A stretch of 64,000 nt of DNA from Bugula neritina (taxonomy: Eukaryota; Animalia; Bryozoa): contig OZ037767.1 of assembly GCA_964035545.1 (NCBI GenBank), forward strand, positions 24,754,628 through 24,818,627, given 5' to 3'. Position 1 is the stretch's first letter. The number at the start of each line of letters is the position of its first letter. The notes beneath the pieces are model-generated. The model did not search any database. It was not told where the DNA came from and saw only the letters and a list, made by a program, of their open reading frames with translations. This document shows positions 1 through 13,896 of this stretch, piece by piece. The translations under genes and the position numbers were made by a program.

Positions 1-23
1 AAACCCCAAAACCCAACAAGGCA

Positions 24-3000
24 TCAGAGTGCTAAATAAATTGCATCTCCCACAGCTGCAAATACCTGATGAGCAACGATTCTGGAATGGTAGTTGGGTA
101 TTGGTATGCCAACTGAACTCGTCCATCTCTCCAAGACGACACTCGGTGGCACCGGGAAGTTCATCCTCATGCCCATTTGCTGAGGGTACCCTGGCATTTG
201 CTGCGGGACTTGTGGCTGAGGTAGAATCTGCATACGAGGTGGAGGCTGCAGTAACAGAGGTTGTCCCAGTACCGAACTCGCCAAAGAGCCAGCAACAGGA
301 AGTGACGATGCAACAGAGCCGGCAGCCATACTAGCTGGTGGGTGTAGTGCCTGACTATTAGCAAGGGCAGCTTTAGAATCCTGCTCAGACTTTTCATCCA
401 GATGTGCGGTAATTGTCTGCCCAGTCACTGAGACATCCTAAGAGTTAGTGGGGTAGAAAGATGAAGTGCAACAGACAACATATTGAGGATATGTTTAACT
501 AATAAAAACTAATGAAAACAAATATTGAAAATGTATTTATTTAGCTGCTTACTTATATTTCAACATTGGTAATTTTTGTAGTTTACTGGCCCATTATTGG
601 TTAATTCTCAGTTTTGACATAAAATAGATAATCGGCAAACGCATCAAGCCTATTTAAAAAAAATGAATTTCAACAACGCATACGAATCAAAAATAAAGAG
701 TAATAACACAAACCTGATCTAAAGTTATTCTAGCGATATTTTTGCATTCACAATAACTGTTAAGCATTTAATAGCCAGAGCTGGTTAACACACATATGTA
801 AACTAAATTAAATGAAGTAGAATCTACTATCGTTTCTACCATTTGTGCTAAGCTAATTGAATGGATATTCAACTTTGATAAAACCCTGAATGATGGCAGA
901 TAATCTACTCTACTCCGCCAAATGAGTGTTAGCACAATAATATGCTAGTACTACCTTTTCCAACACACCGCCATCTCCGGCTTTGAGCACGTCTCTTTCT
1001 CCTTGCGGCACAACAGGAAGTGGCGCCATATTCTTTTCCAATGCGGAAACCAGAGACTCAAAATTGAACCCTCCACTGGAATCGGTAGCAGTTAATTCTT
1101 TGGTGCTCTGCTATTAGCAACACTCAGATATACCAAATTATGCAGTTGAATTGTAAGAGATATAAATTCTTGTAGCTACAGTGCATCATACACATGTTTG
1201 TAAAAACACCTTCACACTACAAGCAACATCAAAGCATAGATGAGCGGTTGTGTTAATAAATAAAACTGGTTTCTTAAAAATTCTATTTCCAGAAATATTA
1301 ATCGTCATCATATTTTGTGATGAAGAGCAACACTGGTATAAACGACTGAAGTCTCAAGCAATTCTCTCATTGCTGCCACATAGAGTACAATATGACTGGT
1401 GTTGATTGATATGTTCTCCAGGGTGCTATAAACCATTGAATAACTCGCAACATCAACAGTTGCATTTAAAATATTAAATGCAACTGTTGATTGTAGTTTT
1501 GCTGATAGTATAAAAAAACATATTTTGCTCTTTAAACATACTAATCTTATTTCAAACTGAACTTTTGCAAAAACCATTCTGGACTATATTAATATAAATG
1601 GAGAGAATCGTCAGTATATCACAGAGCTAAACAATCTTATAAACATTTTCCACTATAAATAATTTGCAAACCTTAGTTTTGGAAGAGTCAGTATCGGAAG
1701 GAGATGTCTTCAACTGACCCGCTTTATATATTATCCTAGACGGCTTTGCAATTTTTGGTCTACGACTTGGATTAGAGTTTAAAGTTGTGCTCTCACCGCC
1801 TCCTTTTAATAGAGACTCTAAATCTATCTTATCTCCAGGCTATAAAACATAAACAAGAAAATAAGTTAAAATAAGTTGAATATTTTTATGATAAAATTGG
1901 CATGTTAAAAAAAAACTTACCGGAAGAAAAACATATTCAAAAATTGCCACTTTCATACAAATGATTTTAAAAACTACAAGTAGTGTTGATGTCCAAACGA
2001 CTTTTACTAGAAATTATATGCCACTAAAGGCGTAAACAGGAAATATGCACACACCTGGGGAACAGAAGATATGGAACCTGGCGCCATTAGTCGTATCGGC
2101 TCAACAGTAACAGAAGGCTTCTCTGAAAGCATAAAAGCAAAACTTTTCCTGTATTGAAGATTGATGGGCTTAGCATATGTAACAACTTGCAAGTTCTACT
2201 TGACATGACGTATCATCAACCCTGACATTACCAGATCAACTCTGATAAAAAAAGGCTGAGTGGAAAGCTTACTACTAACTCATGCTACTGAATATGCAAG
2301 ATGTTATGAAGTTTACCTGCTAATTAAAGTTTTCAACACTTTCTTACAAAATATAACTCTTACTGATTATAGGATTATACTCAAATTTCACTGATGAGCA
2401 CATTGTAATTACTCTGAGTCACCAGATGTTTGAATATTTGCTATATCCGGCACATACCAGCATGGGCAAGTGGCGCCGCGCAATGATCAAAATAATGACT
2501 CACTTGGAGACAGCGAAGATATATCAAGTAGCTTAAGAGCAGCAGCGGCTTGGGCCATGTCCTGCTCTGCATTGGCAGTTGATGATGCTGCCGGTATACT
2601 CTTGTCTTCTTCCTTCTTGTCTGCAGCCTTTAGCTTCGCCCAAATGTCAGTGTGATTAGATTTCTATAAAAAGAAACACTTTATAGAAGAAGTATAGATC
2701 TACTATGTCCCTTTAAATCAAAAACCAGATCATTTGTCTAAAACACACCAGTTCAATACACGAGTAATCTATAAGCATTGACATAATTCAAACTCATGTT
2801 ATGCTTTTAAATATAAAGAATATAGCAATGTATAATAATATGTAATATAGATAGAATATTGTTAATACTCGTATATAATGATATATATAATATATAATAA
2901 TATACAAAGAATATTGTTGATTATGTCACGTTCTCACCTCTCCAGACTTTCGTCTACCATCCACCTTGTTGACTTTGGGAGTTACGAACTCACTGGGAGA

Positions 3001-6000
3001 CATGAGCTGAGGCTGGGCCTTGCTGGAAGTATCTGTTGCCACCTTGTCAGTAACTTCTGCTGCGGTCAACTTAGATTGTTGGCCAGTGGCAGCTTTATCT
3101 CTCTTCTGTTTCTTGGTAACTGCGCTTTCTGGCTTTGTTGGTTTAGCCGGTTCTCTTTGATTTGCAGTTTGCTGCTTTATGGCACTATTTTCCACCACTC
3201 TTGGCTTAAATGCAGCTTTACTATAACTAGGTGATTCTGAACTTGCTCTTTTGTCACCACCATTGCTCAGCACAGCATTCTGCCTGGATTTGACGTCCGA
3301 CTTCTTCAATATTTTTACCGGCGTCTGAACTCGGGAGTTGTTGGACTAAAATTTACATGATCAGTGTGAAGAGAATATGTGTAAATGTACAGGTAAAAAT
3401 ATGCAGTTAACAGTTTACAAGTAGAAGTATGCAGGTAACAATGGACAGGTAGAAATATGCAGGTAACAATGTACATGCAACAGTGTACAGGTAGCAGATG
3501 TAAATCATAATGTACAGATAATAGAGTATGGAAATTGCAAATCAACGAAATACATAATGTCCAATAAATAAATAATGAAAATATTTCTTATCAGCCTTTA
3601 AAAACTAACCACATTTTTGTTGAGCAGTTCAGAATCATTTGCTGATTTTCCAGCTTTCCCACCAACTGAGGCAGCTGAAGAGTAACTTTTGGCAGCAGCA
3701 TTTCTGTTCTGAGAAGATTGCTGTTGCTTCACAACGGCAGCACCAGTCTTAGATTTCCCAGACTGACTATTCTTGAGTCCTTTTTCAGCAGCCGTCCTCA
3801 TGCCGTAAGAGATGTTGAGGAGGGCGTGGGGAGGACACCTGTATCCTTTACCTGGACTACACCTACGTATATATACTTCACTACTACACAGCATATAGCA
3901 GGAAGTGCAAGTAAACATAAAAATGTAAAAGGATTTTGCACTAAAATTGTTTGCATGAACTGCTTTGTTGAAGTCTATGAGAAAAATTAGTTTGCTGTAA
4001 AAAAGCAGAACCAAGCTTTCAGTATACTGATGATAATTGTCAAGCAAACCAAAAGCTCAACACTAAACTGTATTAAAGCTTTGCTTAATCCTAGTGTGTG
4101 AACAAATTTTATTTTACCATGTATAAAAATATTTATAAATATCATCACCTTATGAAATTACAGTTGTCTAGGGAAGAAATGCAGTAAGAGATGCGAATGA
4201 TATTTACAAAAGCCATATATAAATGACTCATTAAATCATTAGCCTAATGACAGAACACACCAGCCTAATATGTTAAAAATAGTGACATTATAACACCGGA
4301 TTCTGTCAAAAAAGCTACCTAATAGATAGACCACAAGCAAACTCCTCATCAAATACAACTTCTACCATGGTGTCTCTGGGGTCGTCCCCTAATATTACGC
4401 CAATTACAGTGCCTTTCAGGCTATATGGTACTGTGAAACCGAGTCTAACATTAACCACCCGGTCAAACAGTTGAAAGTCTGCGGATGGATCTGGTATCAT
4501 AGTGGAGGTCATTGAATATTGCTACAAAGAACACAACTCCTAATTGTAGACAGGCTAACTAGCAAAAAAAATAAATATGCAAAAAAATCAAGCTCAAGTA
4601 AATAATATACAGATGGAATGACACAAGCCTATACACTGGAATATAAAAATACAAAAGTCAATAGTTAAAATTTATATCATTTCCAGTATTTTAGACAGAA
4701 TCACATTGCCAAAGCTTACACAGTTTGTTGTCAGCCATTAAAATGTAAACATCTGATCTGGGAGAAACTGTGAGCAAGATACATGCACTGTTGGGTATCC
4801 TATGCTATACTGCATACAGCTGAACATGTGCATTACCTTGTATATTAGAGCTGGTTTGATAATAATAGTGTGAGTGCCATCAGCATCATCAGGAGATTTG
4901 TTAGACACCAGCTGCTCAACCTTCTCTATGGTAGGGGCCTCTAGAAACAGCCCACCGCACTTGGCTCGGTGACACTTATAAGTCGGTAACGACCGGACAA
5001 ACTTGACCAGCTCAGCACATTGAGTATCCCTACAAACACAGCACTAATTACTGGCAGCACATTGAGTATCTCTACAAACACAGTACTTATTACTGGCAGC
5101 ACATTGAGTATCTCTACAAACACAGTACTTATTACTGGCAGCACATTGAGTATCCCTGCAAACACAGCACTGATTACTGGCAGCACATTGAGTATCTCTA
5201 CAAACACAGTACCGGTCAGTTAAGGGAATACATGCCTGATTCATTATATTGATATAATTACCAGTTTAATTGGCAAATAGGACAAGAAGAATTACAGATG
5301 CAAATTTTACGAAACTGAACCTTTGACTCTCAACATTTGATAATCATTTCTAGAGTAATTGTTGGTACAAATAAAAATCATAAAATAAAATCTATTATTA
5401 TGTAAGCTACATCAGAATTAAAAAATTCAACTTAATGTACCTAACATCAGAATATGATTTACTTTTAAAGCGCTTAGATTCATCAAGTACCCTGTTAACT
5501 ACATCACCACTATGACGAAAACTACTAAATTCACTGTTACAACAAGAAACTTTTTTCACACGTATATGAGATATGTGAATAAACATCCGCAGGGAAGTAT
5601 ATTATAAAACATATTGCTGTTCAGATTCCCATCTATAATCTCCATTTCTATCAGCTGTTATGAACACATGAAATGCTGACAACAAGACCGACACTGTTCA
5701 ATGTAATGTACACACCTGTTCTCAGTAAAGATGTTGTCCGCCTGAAACCTGTCCTTGTTGAGGTTTTCGTGAATGTAGCCGCAGAAATCGGGAAACTTTT
5801 CAAGGTAGGAGTAGATGACATCTGCTGTAGCTTGAGAGTACAACCAGTCTCCATTGTCTTTACGGGTAAATCCAGGACACTACCCGAATATTACACAATA
5901 TCAGTGTTAGCAGTTTATATCAGTTTTCACCTCCTTTAATATGTAAATACTTATTCTAATATACTAGTTAGTAATACACTTATTAGTAATAAACTATTAG

Positions 6001-9000
6001 GACACACATCATCCAACAGCTCTATTACTAAGATATGTACCTCTTCATTTTTCTTATTGTTTTTGAGATCCAGTCCAATATTAATGTTCTCTTTGCCTTT
6101 TGATATGAGCATCATACCGGTTATGCGAGAAACAAAATGGCTGCTAACACCAAGTTGCTGAGCTATTTCATATGCTTTCATATACCTAGCATGTTTCTAC
6201 AACATCATATACAGTCAGTTGAGCCAGAAATAAATTACTTCACCAATAAATACAGTAGAGCTTGAAAATTAATTTCTTTAACATTTTTTTAAATTTCTAT
6301 CTTTAGTTCATAATTACAATGAGAAAACAAAATTTCAAATTGGAAAACTTTTCAAAGTTAAAACATGACTTACATTAAATTTGATGGCTGTAGAAAGATC
6401 TGGCTCAGCAGCCATGTTGACTTTTACCCTTACTCTGTCTTCAAGATGATTAACTACTTTGGCGAGAAAGCCATAGTAGGGGTGAGCGAGAACATACACT
6501 TGGCATCCAACTGGGAAAATATCCTTCAACTCAAAGAACTGCATTGAACCAGCCGACTCCACACCAAACTGTAACAAACATTTTGTGTTTTGGTATAAGT
6601 CACAACGTATTACATAACTTCAAAAGGCACATAACCCCAAAAATATTTACTAGAATATGAAAGAATATAAAATGGAAAGTTGAAGTTAAACCAGCGCTAA
6701 CAATTAGTAAATTTAAGAAAGTTGAATTTGAAATTGAATATGTGATCATATCCACTTCAGTTTAGTTGTATCAACTCCAATAATATAATATTACTTCTAC
6801 TTGTAATATATTAAACTAATTTTTATTGAATACTTTGTCAGTTGGCAATAACATATCATGACAAATAACATAAATTAAATTAATAACGTTGGATAAGTTA
6901 TTTTGGTGATTCAAACCAAGTCACTGGAACCAAAAAAGTATTTTCCTGTCTTATCAACTACTCAGGGAAAATATGTTTAGTTTGTTTTGTATTCAGTCAG
7001 GTTTGCCTTCAACACCAGCTAGCCTATCACTGTACAGTAATACTTATTTGCACTGCTAGTGAAGACTGAGATTTTACCTTACTAAAACCCTTACGAAGTA
7101 CACAAACATGCCCCCTATATACCCACAGTATTAAATAGATATATCTAGTTGAACCTGCTGCAACCTAAAGTAATTAAAGTAAACCATTAAAAATTGAGTT
7201 TTACAAAAAATCTTTTCAAAGTACAACATATCACAAGCCAATTTTTGCACATAGTATCACTTGATAGATAACTGGCTAGACAGCCATGTTGCTTATAGAA
7301 CTAAATTGTGAGAGTAATAACCTTGAGCATAGTGTCATTCTTAACGCAAGCCTGCAAAAGAAACGGGGCGGGCGTAGGTTGCCATTCTTTCTCTACGGTA
7401 ACTCTACCATCATTGAGGTACACATACTTTCGTCCGGTGATTGGCTTTGCTTGTATTATGAAGTAGGTTGGTCCAGCATCAATACCACGCTTCTTCATAT
7501 ACCTGAAAGTTGGCATAGCAAACTAACCCATCAACTGACCTATACTAGATACAATACTCAGACTATACTAGATACAATACTCAGACTATACTAGATACAA
7601 TACTCAGACTATACTAGATACAATACTCAGACTATACCAGATATAATACTCAGACTATACTAACCTTTCACTTAAAGACTGCTCCACTGTTTGCCAAACA
7701 ACCCGATCAGTGTCATCTACAGGTGATTTCACCACCTCTTTCCCTTTCCTATCAAACTCAACCCTCCACTCATCATTCTCCAGCACACACACTTTCGCCT
7801 CAAACAGATGAGGCCAGTTCACCCAGATACTTTTACCCAGTAGCTGCTGACCTAGCTCCATGATGTCAACATCTTCCTAAAAGGAAATATAATGTATATA
7901 CACAGGTATATTTTACTTACTATTCGCCGTCATAGGGCAATTTTTGAGAGAAAATTTACAAAAATGCGTAAACATTTGATAGCTATTAGGAAAACATTCA
8001 AATAATCAATTTAAAGAAGTGTTAGCGATAAAAAAATGGTGATAAACAATTTATGCCATGCCTAAATCCTCAATCAAGAAGAACTTTAAATGTTACATTC
8101 ACGATGAAGAACTGTGTCAGCTAGTAACTGATACGCAACGTCAGCATCTTACCACATCCATCTCATCTATCAGGGTGACTATTCTATTCTCTCCTCTGGA
8201 AGCTTGCTGGAAGACAGTGACACCAAGTTTCTGCAGGTAGGAGTTGTGCTTTATGTGTGTAAAAGTGGGAAAACCAGGGTAATAGAGTGTTGGCTTCACG
8301 CCAACACATAATCCTGAATTCAGCTGCTCTGCCGATACAACAAAATCTTCCCAATTCTTTAGGGTAGTTCTACAACATATGTCGCAATATAGTATATGAG
8401 CTCATTATAAATATACAAGCCACCTGGAAAGTTGCTAGTAGTAAAAAGTAGTTGAACAGTAATATATATACTTGCAGTTTTAGGTAACTCATGCCAGTGC
8501 TTTATATAAGAGCATTTATATTTTATAAATTTGAAGGTTTCAAGCATACACATGCAGATGTCGTCACATACATGTGTATGTATGGGCACCTGCTACACAT
8601 GCCTGATCAGTACGAGAGAGCACCACTAGCTAGATGGGCACCTGTTGCACATGCCTTACTGATGAGACAGAACACAACTAGCTAGATTTAATAGCGGGTA
8701 GCTTCACTTACTTAGTGTGATTCTGGGCGATATCTGGGAAGCCTGGAAGGGTGGAGGGAAACACACCCTGAGATTCAGAAATGTATCTGCAACAAACATT
8801 AACAACACATACTAAAAAGCAAAGCAGTGAATCAACTAGATAAAAAACACTGCACAGTATGTCAATATCATATTTATACTGGAGTACTTCTGGCTGCCAA
8901 TATCTTTGAAAGAATGGCTGTAACGAAAATTGTGCTGATACCGAGTGTTTTGTTACATTATTCTACTTGTTTTGTTTATATCATATGCAGAAACAAACCT

Positions 9001-12000
9001 CTTTGAGATTGACAACGACCTTCACTTACTGATATATAATACAAGGGCCGTGAATATTACGAGCACGCTCAGGAGCTGTTAGTTTCTTCTCTACAGACGA
9101 CATGGCTTCCAGTAGCCTTTTCTCGTCAATAAAGGAGATGAGTACAACAGCCTCCCAGTCCTGCTGCTTGCCATTGAGATCTAACTCAAACTCCTCAGGG
9201 TAGAAGTCAATGATGGGTGATGAGTCAGTTAACATCAGTTTCTACAACATGCCAGTGATTGTATTAAAAACAAAGACAAAGCAGCATGGGACTGCACTAC
9301 ATTACCTCCCTCTCAACGCAATTCATAAGAGCTTATTCTACATTTATGGTGAAGTAAGGGTTCAACTCCTACTCATGGCGTTTATTTGCTTTATTTTATA
9401 ACATTTTCTATTTCAATTTATATAACTCTATGCATTTGTCTCAGTTAAACTAATAGTACGATAAACCTATGTTTAGAGAGCAGCAGTGGTGTAGTGGTTA
9501 GAGTACTGGACTAGTAAACACGAGGTCCGCAGTTTGAGTCGAAACACCAGCAGGGATGTTATGAAGAGCATCCAGTCATAATCGCTTCTGTGCCACATAA
9601 GGAAAAGTCCTTAGCCTGCTTTAAAAATACCCTTTCCATCAGGGGTTTTTACAGGGATAGTGGCTATAAACTCGTGTGAATTCCTATGCTGAATGTACAT
9701 ATGATAGTTCTGCTCACCTGATAAACTGCGGGAAGTAACTTGCTACTGGCTCCAGGTAAAACAGCCATCAGCTGCTGGAAAGGTAGAAATGGTGTGCCAG
9801 GCTCTAGTACTATTTCAATGTCATGAAAAGAGTGAAGGTCACTGAGGTAGGGGGCGTAGTGTTGAGGGAAATACCAACTCCACGAGGGCACACCAGTAAA
9901 ATAATAATACAGTATCCATTGTAGTCCTAGAACGTAGTCTTTTGCTTGCTGTGCCAACACTTCTCTAGAAAACCGAGTTGAAAGGTCAAAAATATGTCTG
10001 ATACAGGTATTAATAAAACCATTTCATAAAAAAGTCAAAAGGTTCTATTAAAAAGGTATCATAAAACTTATAAAATCTTATTGAAAACCTCAGATACAGC
10101 AGAAAACTTTCTCTGAAAATCAAAAAAGATAAATTAGCAATAATATATTTAGGTAATCCAGAAGACCCCCTCTATATATTAAACTTACGGTGTAGCCTGT
10201 AAACCCATCTTATCAAAGTAATAATTAGACTTGTGCTTTTTAAACTCATAGCTCAGGCTATCTTCATCTGGCAGACGTGTAGGTACATATGGACGGGCAG
10301 TTTCAGATTCTGCAAACATGCAATGGCTGCTAATTTCAGGGAGTTTACAAAATGATCAACATACAGTCACTAAGTATGAGTTAATGTCTCATACCTTACC
10401 TGCATAACTCTTTCAAAACAAGAGTTGAGCTTTTTTGTAGGCTAACAATATTCTGATGGCATCACAATCAGCTATAGTTTATGCAGCATAGAAAAAATGA
10501 TACTAAACGTTAACACATTTAAATTAAAGTTAATTTTCTCCCTAAAAGTTATCTAAATTACGAAGTTTATATATATATTATGATCCTGTAAGAATTCCAG
10601 AATTCAGGTAGTCTCACAAAAGAAGATAGATTTATGACATTCAAATAAACTTAACTTTGTAATTGCACACAAAAATAGTTTAAAAAATACCATCTATTTG
10701 TTCTCCATTCTCAAATGGCACTAGCCCAAAGTCATCAATTTCATCGACAGCGGAAGTTGTCTCCACTCTCAGTGTAGCAGCAGGAGCAGCAGAAGTTCTA
10801 GCCTTTCCTTTAGTGGACTTGCCTTCCAGCCATTTGTTGTCCGCATAACTGTCACTAAATTTCTCCATGTCATACTATTAATATATACAACATATTACAT
10901 TTCATCATCTATATTATACTATCACAATACATACACTGATATTACACTACATCAACTATATTATACTATAAATACATACACACGTATTACACTACATCTT
11001 CTATGTTATACAAAGAATAGATAACAGAGTACACTATATGTTTTCTCCCAAGCCACTAGCAGAAGATAAAATTGTATTCATTGCCATCAAACTCATGTTG
11101 CATATTTGAAAAACAACAAAAAAACCGAAACAGAAGCAAAACATGTACCAACCTCAGCGAGTGCCACAAGGAATTGCTCCAGTCTGCCCATATTAATTTT
11201 CCCCTTGTCATTTAAATAACCACCCATGATGGGCAACATCTGTTTATATGTCTTCCATATGGTGGGCAGTGCATCCTGGGCTATGTGCATGTGAGGTAGA
11301 TGAGGTATAAAGTCATTGCCAACTAAGAAGCCCATCAACACCCAGTCATCTATGATTCTTTCCAGATTATACTCCACTGATATTAAACTCTGAAACCACA
11401 GCATAGTCACTACCATGTAAACATCATACTTGGTAAAACTGCTTATATAGAAAACATATCACTTTTGCATTTAAACAGATCCACTACAATCATTTGTTCA
11501 GTGAGCAAGAAATGATTGGGACAGTAACAATATTGGATAATACTTGAAATCAATTTCAATTCTTGGTTCTAATTTGCTGGTGTGGACTAAATATAGTAAC
11601 ATGTATGGCTCATTTTACATTAATATTATAATATAACTGTACAGATGCAACTGTGAACATCCTGCTAAACGCCACCAGCTAATCTAGACCCGGACTAAAA
11701 TTTCATACAATGTCTCCATCGGAGGTGAAGACAACTTCCGCTGTAGTTGAAATTAATGACTCTTATAAACAAATATAAGAGTGTTTTTTTTCTCTTAAAA
11801 CAATTAAGAGAGAAGAACACTAATAGTTCAAATAAATCTTTACATGAAAACATGATTCGAACCTGTTTAATGCTAGCAAACTCCAAGTCCAGATATTCTC
11901 TTAGCAGGGAAATATGAAGTAAATGAAAAGTGGTTTCCTCGACAGTAGTAGACCTACAAAAAAGCTAGTTTTACTAGAAACAAGGCAAAGCTCCCAAATA

Positions 12001-13896
12001 CTCTAATCCACATTCGACCACTTTCATGACTTTTGAAACAAGTCATCACAAACTAGACAGATATATTAAAACGGTGAAGTTTTCAACACAGTTGTTTTTT
12101 TGACGTAAACGTTTTCCAGCTTAATAAAAGTAGGAGGTCTCGTGATGAAGTATTTTTGTCTGGTTATAAGTGTTTTCAATTTACAAACTTCTCAGCAAAT
12201 AAAAATGTGAGGGTTTTGTAAAAAACACCATATTTAAATTTTAAACTACCATTGACTTTATAGAAACTAGGCCTAGCGATTCCGTAAGTATTTCAAACAC
12301 CCCCACCATTTAGAAGAGAAGCTTCAGTGTACCTTTTCTGAGTCTGTTTACCAAATCTGACCTCTTCCCTGAGAAGAGCAAAGTGAGGCTCGTGAGTGGT
12401 CAGACCGAGCATTATCAAGTCGGCATCTAAACCATAGAGGCAGTGTCGAGTGTTGGGGTCATAATCAGACCTGGCCTTTTCACTGCGAATGAAGTCCATT
12501 ATCTTGTGCTCTCCCTCGCCAGGTGTCTACAACATCCAGCAATTCTAATTACTATTAATACGCTGCTTATGATGAAATACCACAGTAGGTGCCCTGAAAG
12601 GGGTCTAAAGATTTCTTTTTCAATTATACAACAACACATTAGATTATTTCCACCACAAGATTTTCAATCCGATTCAGATCAATGATTAATTCTACAGCAT
12701 GTTGATAAGGTTGTTGCACCCCTTTCACCACACAGTATTTGTAACGTATACCAACTAACCTCGTGTCCTGACAGATACACTGAAACACCCTGCCAGAGTT
12801 TGTCATTAGATAGCTTGCTAACTACAAAGTATTTCAGTTGTTCATGTAATCGCACCATAAACTCTGTACCTGGTGTGATACAGTTCGAGTCGAACCTGGC
12901 CTCTGACGGTAGAGTTTCCCCTCGCTGCACAGCCCGTTTCTCAAGGTTCTCAGCCTCTTTAGCTGACCTAAGAATACAATTTATTTATAAATGAGATTTC
13001 CTATCAGCATTGATAGTTGTCTGCTCACTAATTGTCAAGACTTGAAATAAAACACACGATAAACTTTTGATGCTATCATTATACAGAATGAATTCAATGT
13101 TCTCAATTATAATAACCAGTGCAGATGTAGAAAACCAACACAGCAATGTAGCAAGTACAAAAAGCATATAATGGCAATAATAAAAAAAACATGCTATGAG
13201 TAAAAGATAATAATTATAAATAAACTAAACACCTAAATCTACGGCCCCTTTGCTGGTTCATCTTAGCCCTAGGCGCTACACCATCTATAGCCATAAAAAA
13301 CACCTTTTTTGGCTTTATCATTCTGAACAGAACCTAAAAGAGACAAAATAGCAGTTGAGTTGTTTCAAATTTCATGACCAACACTTGGGTGAATTTTTAT
13401 CCCATTCCTTTAGTTTCACAGCACATTATGCTCTTCAATATATGACTGGAACAGATAACTCCTACACAATAAAATGTTTTTCATAATAAAAACATGGATT
13501 TCATATAAATATGTAATCAAAATACAAAGAGTATTGCTTGTGCTAACCTCAAGATAGTGAAAGATGTCAGCAAATATTTTCTCTTCTGTGATTCTGAAGT
13601 GAGCATTACCATCATCAGGGTGAGAGCAGACGTGCACAATACCATTCATATCCAGGTAGAGGTTGTCAAACTCAGGCATCTATATAGAAACAAACGTGAA
13701 CTAGTATTGTGACATTTTAACAAACAACTTATATCTGTAACAAAATAGAGTGAGCTGATTTTATGTATATGAACATTAAAAGTTATATCGGGTGAAGTGT
13801 TGTAACAATCATAATGTTTACCTGGTGATCTTTCACTGTTTCACTCAAGCATGGATATCGTTCACTTATCCATCTGTAGAACTTGGGAACCCCCAT
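24..13896 (-). CDS. XRN1: 5'-3' exoribonuclease 1 (multi-exon, probably incomplete at the 3' end / window start)
   Basis: The N-terminus reads [17 protein letters not shown]. Motifs [82 protein letters not shown] and FDRVVNVR are present. Phase-consistent GT-AG exons: 13822-13896, 13548-13679, 13233-13333, 12760-12967, 12333-12526, 11863-11953, 11153-11389, 10691-10874, 10189-10309, 9718-9964, 9030-9241, 8712-8786, 8153-8369, 7665-7876, 7322-7502, 6374-6568, 6041-6196, 5716-5879, 4837-5029, 4319-4521, 3610-3862, 2938-3345, 2504-2663, 2055-2122, 1672-1839, 955-1110, 66-437 (1661 codons). The last exon either splices at CAG|GTATTT (66/65) to exons outside the window or reads on to the stop at 24. 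The low-complexity C-terminal exons are less certain. Confidence 0.96.
3385..3500. repeat. Degenerate ~28-bp intronic tandem repeat in XRN1
   Basis: Recurring ACAGGTAGAAATATGCAGGTAACAATG-like units, about 3-4 diverged copies. Confidence 0.6.
5013..5212. repeat. 42-bp minisatellite (~4.8 copies) spanning an XRN1 intron/exon acceptor junction
   Basis: Unit approx. CAGCACATTGAGTATC(C/T)CTACAAACACAG(C/T)ACTNATTACTGG starting at 5013, 5055, 5097, 5139 and 5181. The first unit overlaps the start of exon 4837-5029. Confidence 0.95.
7540..7662. repeat. 23-bp minisatellite (5.3 copies) abutting an XRN1 splice donor
   Basis: Unit CTATACTAGATACAATACTCAGA at 7540, 7563, 7586, 7609 and 7632 (two substitutions in the last), plus a partial unit running into the donor at 7663-7664. 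Confidence 0.95.
8582..8687. repeat. Two-copy ~52-bp diverged intronic duplication
   Basis: ATGGGCACCTG..ACATGCCT...ACTAGCTAGAT occurs twice in tandem. Confidence 0.75.
9480..9682 (+). mobile_element. tRNA-derived SINE, copy 1 (in an XRN1 intron)
   Basis: A-box-like head GTGGTGTAGTGGTTAGAG and a degenerate B-box. The body GAAGAGCATCCAGTCAT...CCCTTT..ATCAGGG...AGTG(G/A)CTATAAAC is shared with the copies at ~31752 and ~46805. Confidence 0.8.
10900..11010. repeat. Diverged ~47-bp intronic tandem repeat
   Basis: CTATATTATACTAT..AATACATACAC..TATTACACTACATC occurs about 2.3 times. Confidence 0.6.

Noticed and set aside
1-18. AAACCCCAAAACCCAA as a telomeric repeat
   Set aside because: Only two imperfect units, and it lies within or just after XRN1.
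5013-7662. 42-bp and 23-bp arrays as CRISPR-like repeats or as repeat-protein ORFs (4941-5207, 5020-5223, 5044-5244)
   Set aside because: The units are contiguous with no unique spacers, there are no cas genes, and the context is eukaryotic introns. The ORFs are by-products of a repeat length divisible by 3.
9480-9555. Functional tRNA gene
   Set aside because: The B-box/T-arm is degenerate, there is no clean acceptor stem, and the sequence continues into a body shared with two other dispersed copies, so it is better explained as a SINE head.
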